Positions 9,932-20,071 of a DNA stretch of 64,000 nucleotides are shown here, one piece after another (position 1 is the stretch's first letter; every line of letters starts with the position of its first letter). The notes under the pieces are model-generated. The model was not told the origin of the DNA and ran no database searches. It saw only the letters and a list, made by a program, of their open reading frames with translations. A program made the position numbers and the translations under genes. The stretch is from an uncultured archaeon (lineage in GTDB: Archaea; Thermoproteota; Bathyarchaeia; Bathyarchaeales; Bathycorpusculaceae): positions 64,404 to 128,403 of the forward strand of contig CAWENF010000017.1 of assembly GCA_963810275.1 (NCBI GenBank), read 5' to 3'.

Positions 9932-11560
9932 TTGCTTATCGCGTTAACTCTTCTTACCTCAGCTTTAGCCACCCTAAACGCGGCTGACGCTGACACAGTA
10001 CAGGACTCTACATGGACTACTCTAGCAGCCATGCCTACGGAGCGCGCTGGATTTGGGGTAGCTTCAGTGGAGGGCAAAATCTATGCTATCGGCGGAGTAA
10101 ACAGCAACAACCAGCCCTTAACCACCGTTGAAGAGTATAATCCAACTATAAATGAATGGACAAGTAAACGCTCGATGCCAACGGCTAGAAGCGGCGTTGC
10201 CGTGGCAGTCTATGACAACAAAATCTACGTTATAGGCGGAAATGTCGGGGAAGGATTTGTCGGCAATAACGAAATCTACGACCCCCATACTAACACATGG
10301 ACAACTGGCTCATCCATGCCTACGCCCAGGGCAGATTTCTCTGCTGAACTGGTCAATGACGCAATATACCTTATTGGAGGAAAGAAATACTCTAGCTCCG
10401 ACCCCTTCTATATTGAAACAAACATCACTGAAGTATACTATCCAGCCAATGATAACTGGAGCACCAAAACCCCCTTGCCCATAGCAGTCCAAGGTTACGC
10501 CTCAGCAGTAGTGGAAAACAACATCTACATACTCGGTGGCTCAAGACAATCCTCGTCTGGCACCCTTTCGATGATTAACAACAATCAGGTCTACAATACT
10601 GTGACAGATAGGTGGTCTTCTGCAGCGCCACTTCCAGATGCGTCTAGCTACGGCGCAGCGGCAGCGACAACCGGTTACTCGGCACCCAAAGCAGTCTACT
10701 ACATTGGTGGCTTCTCCCGGGAAGAATGCAGTCAAACCGCAAGAATTCTCAATATATCGAACAATTCGTGGGGTAAGGTCGAGCCGATGCCGACTGCCCG
10801 TGGATACTTAGGTTTGTTGATTGTTAATGACTTGCTTTACGCCATAGGTGGCTTTGATGGAACCAACTATTTGACAATGAACGAGCTGTATCAACCTGTG
10901 GGTTATGGTTCTGTTCCGCCTCAAGTTAAGATAACTTCGCCTGAAAACAAAACTTATCGTGAAGTCACATTGGATTACACCACTAACAAAGGTGTAAACT
11001 GGATAGGTTACTCCATCGATGAAAATCCGAATATAACGGTAACTTCTTCAATTACAATACGCGGTCTCTCGCAGGGTGAACATGAAGTAGTCATGTATGC
11101 CAACGACAGCCAAGGCAACATGGGCGAATCAAACAGGGTGTTTTTCTCTATTGATTCAGTTGCGCCAATAGTCGTGTTTTTGTCCCCTACCAACCGAACC
11201 TATGATACGAATGATGTGCAACTCACGTTTCTTGTAAATGAGGGCACCTCAGATTTGGAATATAGTCTTGACGGGCAAGAACCAGTGCAAATTATTGGAA
11301 ACGTTACTTTAGTGGCATTGTCAAATGGTCCACACCGCATTACCGTTTATGCAGCAGATAATATTGGCAACTCAGATCAAATGACCGTGCATTTTGAGGT
11401 GTCGCCATTCCCGACTTTGCAGGTTATAGCTGTCGTGGTAAGTGCGATAATTATTATAGCGGTTGCATACATTCTTTTAAAACTCAGAAAAACAAAACCG
11501 CAGTCGCCAAAACGACAAAGAAGCAATGCTGAACCCAAACTTGATGTTTTTAGTGAGTAA
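9932..11560 (+). CDS. Secreted, C-terminally anchored Kelch-repeat protein with Ig-like domains
   Basis: Signal peptide, six Kelch-like repeats (IYAIGG...W...MPT.R), YSLDG Ig-like repeats, C-terminal TM helix and basic tail; the true start may lie upstream. Confidence 0.88.
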   Translation: MLIALTLLTSALATLNAADADTVQDSTWTTLAAMPTERAGFGVASVEGKIYAIGGVNSNNQPLTTVEEYNPTINEWTSKRSMPTARSGVAVAVYDNKIYVIGGNVGEGFVGNNEIYDPHTNTWTTGSSMPTPRADFSAELVNDAIYLIGGKKYSSSDPFYIETNITEVYYPANDNWSTKTPLPIAVQGYASAVVENNIYILGGSRQSSSGTLSMINNNQVYNTVTDRWSSAAPLPDASSYGAAAATTGYSAPKAVYYIGGFSREECSQTARILNISNNSWGKVEPMPTARGYLGLLIVNDLLYAIGGFDGTNYLTMNELYQPVGYGSVPPQVKITSPENKTYREVTLDYTTNKGVNWIGYSIDENPNITVTSSITIRGLSQGEHEVVMYANDSQGNMGESNRVFFSIDSVAPIVVFLSPTNRTYDTNDVQLTFLVNEGTSDLEYSLDGQEPVQIIGNVTLVALSNGPHRITVYAADNIGNSDQMTVHFEVSPFPTLQVIAVVVSAIIIIAVAYILLKLRKTKPQSPKRQRSNAEPKLDVFSE

Positions 11561-11605
11561 TTTTAATAAAACATCTGTATGCTTCTCTAAAAGAAGGCTC
11601 TAATA

Positions 11606-11857
11606 TTGGGTTACGAAATCAGCTACACTTTAGGCGAAAAGGCAGGTTGCTCATCACAAATCGTCATAGCAGACCGCATTTTCTATGTGAAACACTTCAA
11701 TGTGGAGGCGTCACGGTTTTTCAGTGGAGACCAACAAGGCATAATCCAAAAAGAGATTTCTCAAGCGGAGTTTGAGTTGTGGCTTGGCATTTTAGCTGAC
11801 AGCGACGATGATGTCGCAGAAATCCAAAAAAAACTGGCGTTAGGCAAAAAGTTTTAG
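11606..11857 (+). CDS. Hypothetical protein (83 aa)
   Basis: Fills the gap between genes, upstream AT-rich promoter-like sequence, normal protein composition. Confidence 0.65.
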   Translation: MGYEISYTLGEKAGCSSQIVIADRIFYVKHFNVEASRFFSGDQQGIIQKEISQAEFELWLGILADSDDDVAEIQKKLALGKKF

Positions 11858-11860
11858 TGA

Positions 11861-12607
11861 TTAAGCTTCTCGCCACTGAGCTTTTTTCGCAACGACAACA
11901 AAGATTATTGTGCAGACTCCAATGAGCACGCCCCAGTCAATTAGAAAGTGCGTTGTTGAAATGTTGAGGTAACCTGTGGCAGAATGCATAATTTCTGCTG
12001 CGTAAGTGGTGGGAGAAAGATACGCGAGGTAGTTTAAAGGGTAAGGCACATAGGTTATGGGATAATATACTGGCGGCAAGGTCGCAAAGAGCAATGCGAT
12101 CAGGCGGGAGAAAGCATAGCTTTGCACTACGTCACTTGAGATTGTTGAGAGCATAAAGCCTATTGCCACAGACACGGCAAACATCAGTAACAGAACTGAA
12201 GTTAAGATGGCGATTTGGATCAAATTGGGTTGAATGAAAATTGCTGTTAAGGCCACCAGTATGGCAATGCCGGGAATGGAGTAGACGAGTTCGGCCGCCG
12301 CCATGCCGCCCATGTAGGTTCCAGCGGAAGTGGGTGAGCTGACAATCATATCCTGCAATTTGAAGTCGTTTTTTAGGTGTGATAGGTCGGATTGCAGGGC
12401 GATGCCGCTCGAGAAAAAAATCATGATTAAGCCACCTTGAATTGCCGTACCGAGAAGTTCGCCGTTGGTTACAAACGTGATGACGGCCAGCAGCGAAAGC
12501 GGCGAAATAATGGTGCTGATTGTTACGACGGGGTAGTTTTTCATCTCGTAAATGGCGTTGACCAAGACGCCGGCGAGAATTTGGCTTAGTTTGCTACGCT
12601 TCACCAT
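11861..12607 (-). CDS. ABC-2 type transporter permease
   Basis: About six hydrophobic helices, PVYYP...SPTTYAAE motif; overlaps the ATPase gene. Confidence 0.85.
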   Translation of the reverse strand: MVKRSKLSQILAGVLVNAIYEMKNYPVVTISTIISPLSLLAVITFVTNGELLGTAIQGGLIMIFFSSGIALQSDLSHLKNDFKLQDMIVSSPTSAGTYMGGMAAAELVYSIPGIAILVALTAIFIQPNLIQIAILTSVLLLMFAVSVAIGFMLSTISSDVVQSYAFSRLIALLFATLPPVYYPITYVPYPLNYLAYLSPTTYAAEIMHSATGYLNISTTHFLIDWGVLIGVCTIIFVVVAKKAQWREA

Positions 12608-13505
12608 CGTCCCCCGCGTTTTGACTTGCTAAGCGGAAGAAAAGGTCTTCCAAAGTAATTGGTGTGATGCTGAATTTGACACATTGCTCAGACAATAATT
12701 TTGCCAGTTGGAATGCTTCGGCTTCATTGGTTAATATCTGAGTGTAGCCTGACGGGCTAACCGTGATCTCTACATCGGAGACTGGGGGGACGGGGGTTTT
12801 GGGCGGCAATTTGATGCTATACTGGTATTTCGAGCCGCTGCGCAGCTCAGCTAGCGTGCCAACGGAGACAAGTTTGCCTTCTTTTAATATACCAATACTA
12901 TCGGCTAACTGCTCCGCCTCCTCCAAGTAGTGTGTGGTTAAGAAGATGAAACGTGTCTTGCCAAGATCAAGCAGAATATCCCAAAGCTCCCGCCGCGAAA
13001 TCGGGTCCAATCCAGTGGTAGGTTCGTCAAGAAAAATTATGTCGGCCTCTGAGGCAGTTACGGTGGCTATGAGTACTTTGCGTTTTGTGCCGCCTGACAG
13101 CTTGCTATTGAGCACATTGGCATATTGTTCCAAGCCGAGTTTTTTGAGCGAATCACAAGCAATGCTGTTTGCTTTGCTAACGGGGTATCCTCGCCACAGC
13201 AGATAGGAAAAAATTGTTTGTTTAGGCGTCATCCACCGCACTGTGCGTGCCTCTTGGGGAACTATGGCAATTTTTTCTCTTATGGCGCCTGCTTGAGTTA
13301 GGATATCGTTGCCATCTATGAATGCTGTGCCTGAAGTAGGCGCCAAGTTGGTGGCAAGCACTCGTATAAGTGTGGTTTTGCCTGCGCCGTTTCTACCTAT
13401 TAACCCAAATATTCCCTTGGTTTCCACTTCGAAATTTACATGGTCAAGAGCGGTTTGGGTTCCTTCATAAATTTTGGTTAGGTTTCTGCATTTAAGTTTG
13501 CCCAT
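12594..13505 (-). CDS. ABC-2 type transporter ATPase
   Basis: GRNGAGKTT, LSGG, FLDEPTTGLDP and TTHYLEEA motifs. Confidence 0.92.
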   Translation of the reverse strand: MGKLKCRNLTKIYEGTQTALDHVNFEVETKGIFGLIGRNGAGKTTLIRVLATNLAPTSGTAFIDGNDILTQAGAIREKIAIVPQEARTVRWMTPKQTIFSYLLWRGYPVSKANSIACDSLKKLGLEQYANVLNSKLSGGTKRKVLIATVTASEADIIFLDEPTTGLDPISRRELWDILLDLGKTRFIFLTTHYLEEAEQLADSIGILKEGKLVSVGTLAELRSGSKYQYSIKLPPKTPVPPVSDVEITVSPSGYTQILTNEAEAFQLAKLLSEQCVKFSITPITLEDLFFRLASQNAGDDGEA

Positions 13506-13692
13506 GACGTCAAGTCAAGTCCCAAAACAGCTACTGCTATAGGGTGACTTGCTGTTTCGTTGGTAAAAACGTTTCCACTTAAAGTTTTTGGAAAAGCTGA
13601 AAGTGTAAGCTGTTAAACTGCATTGGACTGGCGAACGAGGAGTACTGTGTGGTGAGCGAAGTTTCTTGTGGAAAAGGTTTATTTCATAGATT

Positions 13693-13760
13693 GCGGTTCT
13701 GATGTGAAATTGCTAGCGGACAACCTTGTCCGCAGGGATGTGGCCGGAAGGCTGAACCAC
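13693..13760 (+). promoter_or_regulatory. Structured 5' leader upstream of rpl15e (candidate r-protein leader)
   Basis: Hairpins GCGGACA-ACCT-TGTCCGC (13716-13733) and GGCC-GGAA-GGCT (13742-13753); possible GGTTC/GAACC closing stem; BRE/TATA-like AAAAGGTTTATTT at 13672-13684. Confidence 0.5.
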
Positions 13761-13789
13761 AAGCAAACACAGTACAGAAAGTGAAAAAC

Positions 13790-14416
13790 ATGGCATACAA
13801 ATACATCGCCGAAGAATGGGCGAAACCCGAAGAAAGCTTCGTCGAAGAATTGATGCGCCAACGCCTAATACAATGGCGTAAGCAACCCTCAACATTGCGC
13901 ATCGAAAACCCAACCCGACTCGACAGAGCAAGAAAACTTGGATACAAAGCCAAACAAGGCTTCATAATGGCAAGGACCAAAGTCCGCAGAGGAGGATTAA
14001 GAAAGGTTCGCCCTCGCTCAGGTAGACGCCCTAAACGTATGGGTGTCAACAAATTTAAACCTGCAAAATCGCTCAGATTGATCGCAGAGGAAAGAACCGC
14101 GAAACACTTCCCTAACCTGGAAGTACTCAATAGCTACTGGGTAGGTGAAGACGGACGCCACAAATGGTTTGAAATCATCCTCGTAGACCCATTCGCGCCA
14201 ACCATCCAGACTGACAAAGATATAAACTGGATCACCGAGCGTCAACATACAAACCGCGTCTTCCGCAGTTTAACAAGCGCCGGGAAAAACGTGCGTGGAC
14301 TACATCACAAAGGTGCAGGCGCAGAGAAAGTGCGTCCAAGCCACCGCAAAGGCGCAAAGAAACACCATGGTGTAAAGCGCCAACGCAAAGGAGATGGACC
14401 ATATACACCACGTTAA
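13790..14416 (+). CDS. rpl15e: 50S ribosomal protein L15e
   Basis: [31 protein letters not shown] and [10 protein letters not shown] motifs. Confidence 0.96.
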   Translation: MAYKYIAEEWAKPEESFVEELMRQRLIQWRKQPSTLRIENPTRLDRARKLGYKAKQGFIMARTKVRRGGLRKVRPRSGRRPKRMGVNKFKPAKSLRLIAEERTAKHFPNLEVLNSYWVGEDGRHKWFEIILVDPFAPTIQTDKDINWITERQHTNRVFRSLTSAGKNVRGLHHKGAGAEKVRPSHRKGAKKHHGVKRQRKGDGPYTPR

Positions 14417-14600
14417 ACCAACCATAAATGGACCAAAAGGCAAACAGAAACGTGGCAAAGGCTTCAGCCCAGACGAGATCAAAGCTGCTGGCGTTTCAAA
14501 GCAGCAAGTTCGACAAGCAGGTTTGCCAGTGGATGAGCGCCGCAAAAGCAGCCACGAAGCAAACGTTGAAGTCCTCAAGGCACACGTCAAAAAAGCATAA
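14394..14600 (+). CDS. rpl13e: 50S ribosomal protein L13e (short archaeal form)
   Basis: RGKGFS.DEIKAAG...[17 protein letters not shown] signature. Confidence 0.88.
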   Translation: MDHIHHVKPTINGPKGKQKRGKGFSPDEIKAAGVSKQQVRQAGLPVDERRKSSHEANVEVLKAHVKKA

Positions 14601-14734
14601 GTCCGTTTTACACTCTTTTTTGAGTGTTCCCCAAAAATTATTATTTTTTTTTCTTTTTGAGGTAGAGAATTATTTTGCTCAGTTATTCGTTTTAATTAAT
14701 TAAAAAAGAAAAGAAGGAGTAGGTTTGTGGGTTT

Positions 14735-17374
14735 TTAGTGTTTTCTAAGTAGCAGCGCTATTATTGCAAAGCCAATGATCATTACGACCAGTAAGCCTAT
14801 GATTGATGGAATGAAGTATTGTTCGACTGATGATGGTTCTGGAGTTGCTACTGGTCCGGTGGTGGAGGCTGGTTCCATTGCGTATAGAGAAGTTTCTGCT
14901 GATGACCCGTAATATGAGTTGCTTCCGTCAAATGATGCAATGACTGTGTAGAGTCCGCTGATATCTGGTGCCCATGCGTATGTGAACATACCGCTTGCGT
15001 CCGTTGTGGTGCTACCGATCATTCTGTAGTTGCCGTTAGAGTCCAGCACATACAAATCAACTGGTACACCAGTGACGTTGGATGGCATGGCTTTTTGCAT
15101 GTAGACGTATTCCATCCATGCAGCTTGGCTCTCGTCGGAAACTGCTGGAACTCCGTTGGGGAACCGCGCAGCTTGCTCGTTTTGAGTTGTGCCAGCCGCT
15201 ATGTCCATGACAGTGCCTCTTATGACTATATGCGAACCTACAGATGTGGCAATGTCTGGGGCTGTGACAGTCATGACGCTGGGGCCTTTGCCTATTGAGT
15301 ACACTTGCATGTCGTATACATTGAGGTAAGCTATTTGTCCGTCTGCTGTTGGGAATCCATAGTCACTAAATCCGCCTACGCTTGCCCAGCTTTTCATCTT
15401 CCAGATTTCTTCGCCTGTGGTTGCATTGAGGCACCGAATTAGTTCGTCTCTGTAGAGTGGTGTGTTAGGTGAGTGTTCGCTACTATACACGTAGACTTTG
15501 CCGTCGCATATGGAGCCGATAAACATTGGGTACATTCCCCAAGCTGTTTCTGTGCCGCTGTTGGTGCTGTTGCCTTCGCCGTCGCCCCCGTAAGACCATT
15601 GTAGATTGCCTGTTGTTGTGTCGTAGGCAAAGATTTCGCCGCCGTATCCTCCTACATAGAGGTTGCCGTATGCTGCGTAGCCTATTTGGGCAACGCCACC
15701 GCTTCCAACAGTTGGATAGTAGTTGAATGAGCGTGTTTCACCCACTGGTCCCCAAAGTTGGTTTCCATTGTCTAAGCTAAAGCCATACCATTGCATTGTT
15801 TCCTTTGTGCTGACGAAGAATACGCGATTGATGGGGTCAACTGTACCTAACTGCATGGTGACGTTGCCATCTGGGACGGGTATATCTTTTTGCCAAAGTA
15901 GAGATGCTTGCTTGCCATTTGCAGGATCTTTGAGGTTGACTGCCCAAACTGTTCCGTAGACTGCAGAGCTAGTGTCTGAGACGCCGCCCCATGTAGGCTG
16001 ACCAAATTGCGATCTCATGTTAGAATAGCCGAGCAGCAAATCTTCGTTGATTGCCCAGCCTATTCCTGCGCCTGTAGTTGGGAAGTTCGATGGAAGGGTC
16101 ATGTTCCAAGAGTATGAGTCGCGAAGAGTAGAGTTGAATTCTTGACCGACCGGTCGGTATCCACCGCTAGTTAGAGCGTTAACGACACCGTTAGTTACAC
16201 ATTGGGTAAAGTTCCACTGGGCTATCCATTTGTTTGTAGCGTCCATTTGATATATTAGCGGTTCACCACTGGGTCCGTTACTTCTTGTTCCACGAGGAAC
16301 ATCAGTTATGCTGAAAACATAGGAACCATCCCAAGGGTCATACATCATCCAAGTTGTGCCCTGTGTTGCAATAAGGTATGATATAGCGCCATGCTGGTTA
16401 GGTGTTTCAACGTCTATAATTGCACCAAAGCTGGGGTTGGTAGCGTATTCTTGCCTCCAGATTTCTTCGCCTGTTCTCAAGTCAACACAAATGAAAGGCC
16501 CGCCTGAGCCGCTGGCACTGTGTGGTAATCCATAGTACATTCGTCCGCCTATAATGATTGGGTTGTTGAATTTAGCTTCGTACGATAAGCCAGTATAGTA
16601 TGCTACACCGGTGATTCCTGTCAAGGTCGATGGTGAGTTAGGTTCTTGGTATGAATTGTTTCCGCCAACGATACCGCCAAATGTGATAGGTTTAGTCCAC
16701 ATTATGTGTGCACTGTCTGGTGCTGTGCCGTCGGGTTGGTATCTTACTGATCCAAAGCTGTAGGCTGCTCCAAAGGGATTAACATAGTTTGAGCCTACAT
16801 TATACCAGTTTGAGTTTTCTCCTTCAATTGGTCTGGTCCAGTACTCAGTTGGCAGAGGTGTAAATGTTCCGCTTGAGACGGGTTCCTCTTGGACTGTCAA
16901 TGTTGTATGAGCTGAGCTTGCCAGATAGGTGTCATTTACATATGCAGAGTTTGGGTTGTATTCGTAATCAGTGTATTTTTGTCCCGGAAAAGTAAAGTTG
17001 AGTGTGTACTCGCCTACTTGGTCGGGAGTGAAGGTGGTGAATGCTGACGAGGTAGTGTCAGTTACTGTTTCCCAAGTAATGGTTTGTACATGTCCGTCTG
17101 GGGCGGTAATTTCGCATTTATAGTTGTGGAAACGAATGTTGTTAGTTACTGATGCGCCATCGGGGATTTTATCTAGCCAAACTACTACGATGACTTGTTG
17201 GCCCACTCCTACAGGGTTTGGTTCAGCATTGATAAATGCATAAGTTGGGATTTCCCATGCGGGGGTGTGAGCACTTGTGGTTGGTATTGCGTTTAAAGTT
17301 ATTGCTGTGCTTAGCAAAAGTATTGTTGTTACTAAAATCGCCATGGTTTTGTTTTTAGAACTTTGTTTATTCAC
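14735..17374 (-). CDS. Secreted PQQ-binding-like beta-propeller surface protein, C-terminal TM anchor (paralog 1)
   Basis: Signal peptide; PNPVGVGQ, PLPTEYWTRPI, vDLRTGEEIW/TGNLQW repeats, IGKGPS and RFPNGVPAVSD; TM helix plus RKH tail. Confidence 0.88.
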   Translation of the reverse strand: MNKQSSKNKTMAILVTTILLLSTAITLNAIPTTSAHTPAWEIPTYAFINAEPNPVGVGQQVIVVVWLDKIPDGASVTNNIRFHNYKCEITAPDGHVQTITWETVTDTTSSAFTTFTPDQVGEYTLNFTFPGQKYTDYEYNPNSAYVNDTYLASSAHTTLTVQEEPVSSGTFTPLPTEYWTRPIEGENSNWYNVGSNYVNPFGAAYSFGSVRYQPDGTAPDSAHIMWTKPITFGGIVGGNNSYQEPNSPSTLTGITGVAYYTGLSYEAKFNNPIIIGGRMYYGLPHSASGSGGPFICVDLRTGEEIWRQEYATNPSFGAIIDVETPNQHGAISYLIATQGTTWMMYDPWDGSYVFSITDVPRGTRSNGPSGEPLIYQMDATNKWIAQWNFTQCVTNGVVNALTSGGYRPVGQEFNSTLRDSYSWNMTLPSNFPTTGAGIGWAINEDLLLGYSNMRSQFGQPTWGGVSDTSSAVYGTVWAVNLKDPANGKQASLLWQKDIPVPDGNVTMQLGTVDPINRVFFVSTKETMQWYGFSLDNGNQLWGPVGETRSFNYYPTVGSGGVAQIGYAAYGNLYVGGYGGEIFAYDTTTGNLQWSYGGDGEGNSTNSGTETAWGMYPMFIGSICDGKVYVYSSEHSPNTPLYRDELIRCLNATTGEEIWKMKSWASVGGFSDYGFPTADGQIAYLNVYDMQVYSIGKGPSVMTVTAPDIATSVGSHIVIRGTVMDIAAGTTQNEQAARFPNGVPAVSDESQAAWMEYVYMQKAMPSNVTGVPVDLYVLDSNGNYRMIGSTTTDASGMFTYAWAPDISGLYTVIASFDGSNSYYGSSAETSLYAMEPASTTGPVATPEPSSVEQYFIPSIIGLLVVMIIGFAIIALLLRKH

Positions 17375-17491
17375 TTTTTTTATTCTCCTTAAGCGTATAA
17401 AAAAAATTTTGCATACTTGCTTTTAACTAATTGCGTATGTACCATACAATAGCAGTCTTGTCTAAAATAGCCAAGTACGAACTAAAATGAC

Positions 17492-18292
17492 TTACAGAGT
17501 TCTCGAAGTACGCCAAAGCATCAAAAAATAATCCCTAAATAGCCCTACGATACACGGATTATTAAGCCATAATCCCCCACCTGAAACAAGCATCGGAGTA
17601 ACACTAACAAACGCTTGAATTCCATCAATTATAGAAATCGTGGCTTTAGGAGGTTTGAGTGTTTTTTTAATTTTGAATCCTTGGTATTTCTTAAGGGCTA
17701 AAACGTTTTGGGGAAGTCGCCGGTTGCTGTTTAGATAAACAATAATTTTTACTTCAATGCCTTTAAGTAGCAGTTGTCTCCACCGGGCAGTTACATCATC
17801 TTTTTGTTTTTCAAAATCGCTCCAGTAAATAATAATTTCGTGAGTTGATTGGTTTGCCTCTACCATTTCGTCAACTTTTCGTTTGCTCAATTTTCCTTCT
17901 GGAACCAAAATGAATTCGCATACATCTTTGACAGGCAGTTCTTGATAATTTCTGTATTTTTTAAGTAGCTCTAAAGTTTGGGCTTTGATTTCTTCGTTTT
18001 CTTTTTCTTTACGTTCTAGAAGCATTTTTACGCCATCATTAATGGGTAGCGCTTTGAAAACAGTTGGGTTCGATAGCAGTTTTTCAACTAAATCTAATTC
18101 GCCTAAGCGAGTTAATACGCGATATACGTTTGCTCGATCTATTTTGGATGATGCTGATATTGTTTTGATGGTTGCTTTGTTGAGTCTGGCAAGTGTTAAG
18201 TACACTTCTGCCTGAAGAGCAGTTAAACCAATTTTGGTTAATATTTTTGCATCTTCATTACAGATAACCGTCATATAATCCTCATCTGTCAT
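17492..18292 (-). CDS. TrmB-family transcriptional regulator
   Basis: L.KIGLT..QAEVYL.L...I.RANVYRVL..L...LVE winged HTH plus C-terminal effector domain (ISIIDG); directly upstream of paralog 1. Confidence 0.85.
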   Translation of the reverse strand: MTDEDYMTVICNEDAKILTKIGLTALQAEVYLTLARLNKATIKTISASSKIDRANVYRVLTRLGELDLVEKLLSNPTVFKALPINDGVKMLLERKEKENEEIKAQTLELLKKYRNYQELPVKDVCEFILVPEGKLSKRKVDEMVEANQSTHEIIIYWSDFEKQKDDVTARWRQLLLKGIEVKIIVYLNSNRRLPQNVLALKKYQGFKIKKTLKPPKATISIIDGIQAFVSVTPMLVSGGGLWLNNPCIVGLFRDYFLMLWRTSRTL

Positions 18293-18465
18293 GAGGTAAT
18301 ATATAATATTAAGTAAAAAAAGGGTGGAAAAATCTATTGAATACAAGCACTAACCTTTTTCAACATTGAACGTTTAACGGTTCTGAATAATGAAAACTTG
18401 TTATGCCAAAAACAAAACTTCTAAATGGTGGTAAATAGAATAAAAAGCAGACAAAAGGGACACAC

Positions 18466-18924
18466 ATGGAGAAAAGTCGGGAAAAAACCAGAGCTATCGA
18501 GTATATGGATATACGCGTTTTTGCTCACGCCACTGAAGATCAAACCAAAGTTGAAGCTGCCACAAAAAATATTTTTCCTGCTTCTCTTTGCGAAGATGTT
18601 CTCTTTAAAAAAACCAGTTTAACCGGTCACCATTCCAACCCCATCGTGATGCTAGAGATGCGTCTCAAAGATCGCAAGCTGTTGCCTGAGGCAATGCAAA
18701 AATTTGGCGACGAATTGAGTTCCCTTGACAAAGAACAACTCAGCCAAGACCTATCCCTGCACCTAGACAAAGGCAATCTTTACCTGCGTTTTGACAAACA
18801 AGCAGCGTACCAAGGCAACTTAAAACTAACTCATAATGATCCTATTCACGTAAAAATCCACTTTAAGGGGCAGTCCAGCCATGAAATCGAGGAGTTGGCT
18901 AAGCAGGCTGGGTTGCTGCCATGA
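18466..18924 (+). CDS. Exosome-superoperon RNA-binding protein (COG1325-like)
   Basis: VFAHATED..KV, GHHSNPI and LYLRFDKQAAY motifs; adjacent to RNase P genes. Confidence 0.85.
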   Translation: MEKSREKTRAIEYMDIRVFAHATEDQTKVEAATKNIFPASLCEDVLFKKTSLTGHHSNPIVMLEMRLKDRKLLPEAMQKFGDELSSLDKEQLSQDLSLHLDKGNLYLRFDKQAAYQGNLKLTHNDPIHVKIHFKGQSSHEIEELAKQAGLLP

Positions 18925-19652
18925 AACGATGCTTTTGCGATTTACATCTGAGGGTTAACCCAAAAGACGCTCAAGCTACACATTGCATGCTTGAGAAGGC
19001 GGCTTGTTTGGGGTACCGTAAAGTCAGTATCGCCTTTAGCAACGAATTTGACGAAGCCCACTCAGTTGCCCTCAAAGCATCCGCCAAAGATTTAGGATTA
19101 GATTTTGTTCTGCGCGCTGACTACAAACCACGAAATCAAGAAGACCTCATGCATTTTCTACGAAGGTACCGACGAAAACTCGAAGTCATATGCATCTTCT
19201 GTGACAACAAAAATCTGGCACGCCAAGCCGCCAAAGACCGCCGAGTGGATTTAATCCATTTCACAAGCTTCGATTACCGTAAGCGGTTCTTCGACCGCGC
19301 CGAAGCTGAACTTGCAAGCAGCAACTTAGCCTCATTGGAAGTTGATGTTAAGCCGCTGCTTGTGCTTGAAGGTCCGCCTCGTGTGCGGATGCTGGCGTGT
19401 CTGCGCCGAGAAGTCAGCATCGCCAGGGAGTTTCATGTGCCTGTTGTTGTTTCCAGCGGCGCCTCCGAGTTGGCGTTGATGCGTATGCCTCGTGACTTGG
19501 CGAGTTTAGGCTACCTCTTTGGGCTGGGCGAAGGTGAAGCGCTTGACGCCATTTCTACAAACCCCTCTGTTATAGTGGAGCGCAACCGCAAGAAGCTGGA
19601 TCCCAAATTTGTAGCCCCTGGCATAACTATAGTTAAGGAGGCTGGACCATAG
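18921..19652 (+). CDS. rnp3: Ribonuclease P protein component 3 (Rpp30)
   Basis: F.DLH, RQAAKDRRVDLI and VPVVVSSGA...MR.PRDL motifs. Confidence 0.88.
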   Translation: MKRCFCDLHLRVNPKDAQATHCMLEKAACLGYRKVSIAFSNEFDEAHSVALKASAKDLGLDFVLRADYKPRNQEDLMHFLRRYRRKLEVICIFCDNKNLARQAAKDRRVDLIHFTSFDYRKRFFDRAEAELASSNLASLEVDVKPLLVLEGPPRVRMLACLRREVSIAREFHVPVVVSSGASELALMRMPRDLASLGYLFGLGEGEALDAISTNPSVIVERNRKKLDPKFVAPGITIVKEAGP

Positions 19653-19963
19653 TGAAGCGAATTAAGAGGCGTTACCTTGCTGTGCAGTTTGACTGCGAAG
19701 GCGCTCCCGTCGAGCGGGATTTGATAGATGCAGTTTGGTTCTCTTTGACGAGGCTCTACGGCGAGGTGGGTGCCAGCCAATCGGGGTTAGCTTTGATTGC
19801 TTACGATGTGGAGCACAAAATAGCGGTTATCAGGGTTAATCTTGTGTGTTTGATGCAGCTGCGGGCGTCTCTAGCTGCAATTACTTCGGTAGCTGGCGCT
19901 TGCGTGTCTTTGCATGTTTTGGCTGTTTCTGGCACACTTAAAGCGCTCTACAGCGGCTTCTAA
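19652..19963 (+). CDS. rnp2: Ribonuclease P protein component 2 (Pop5/Rpp14)
   Basis: KRRYLAV, LYGEVG and VSGTLKAL motifs. Confidence 0.88.
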   Translation: MKRIKRRYLAVQFDCEGAPVERDLIDAVWFSLTRLYGEVGASQSGLALIAYDVEHKIAVIRVNLVCLMQLRASLAAITSVAGACVSLHVLAVSGTLKALYSGF

Positions 19964-20071
19964 CTATTTGTTCCCACTTTTTGTCTTTACCTTTAGTCAA
20001 ATCACAACTAAATCAATAACCCGAAGCTCTATAGAAAAACATATAACCAATCTGATCCAAAATTGGAAGCT

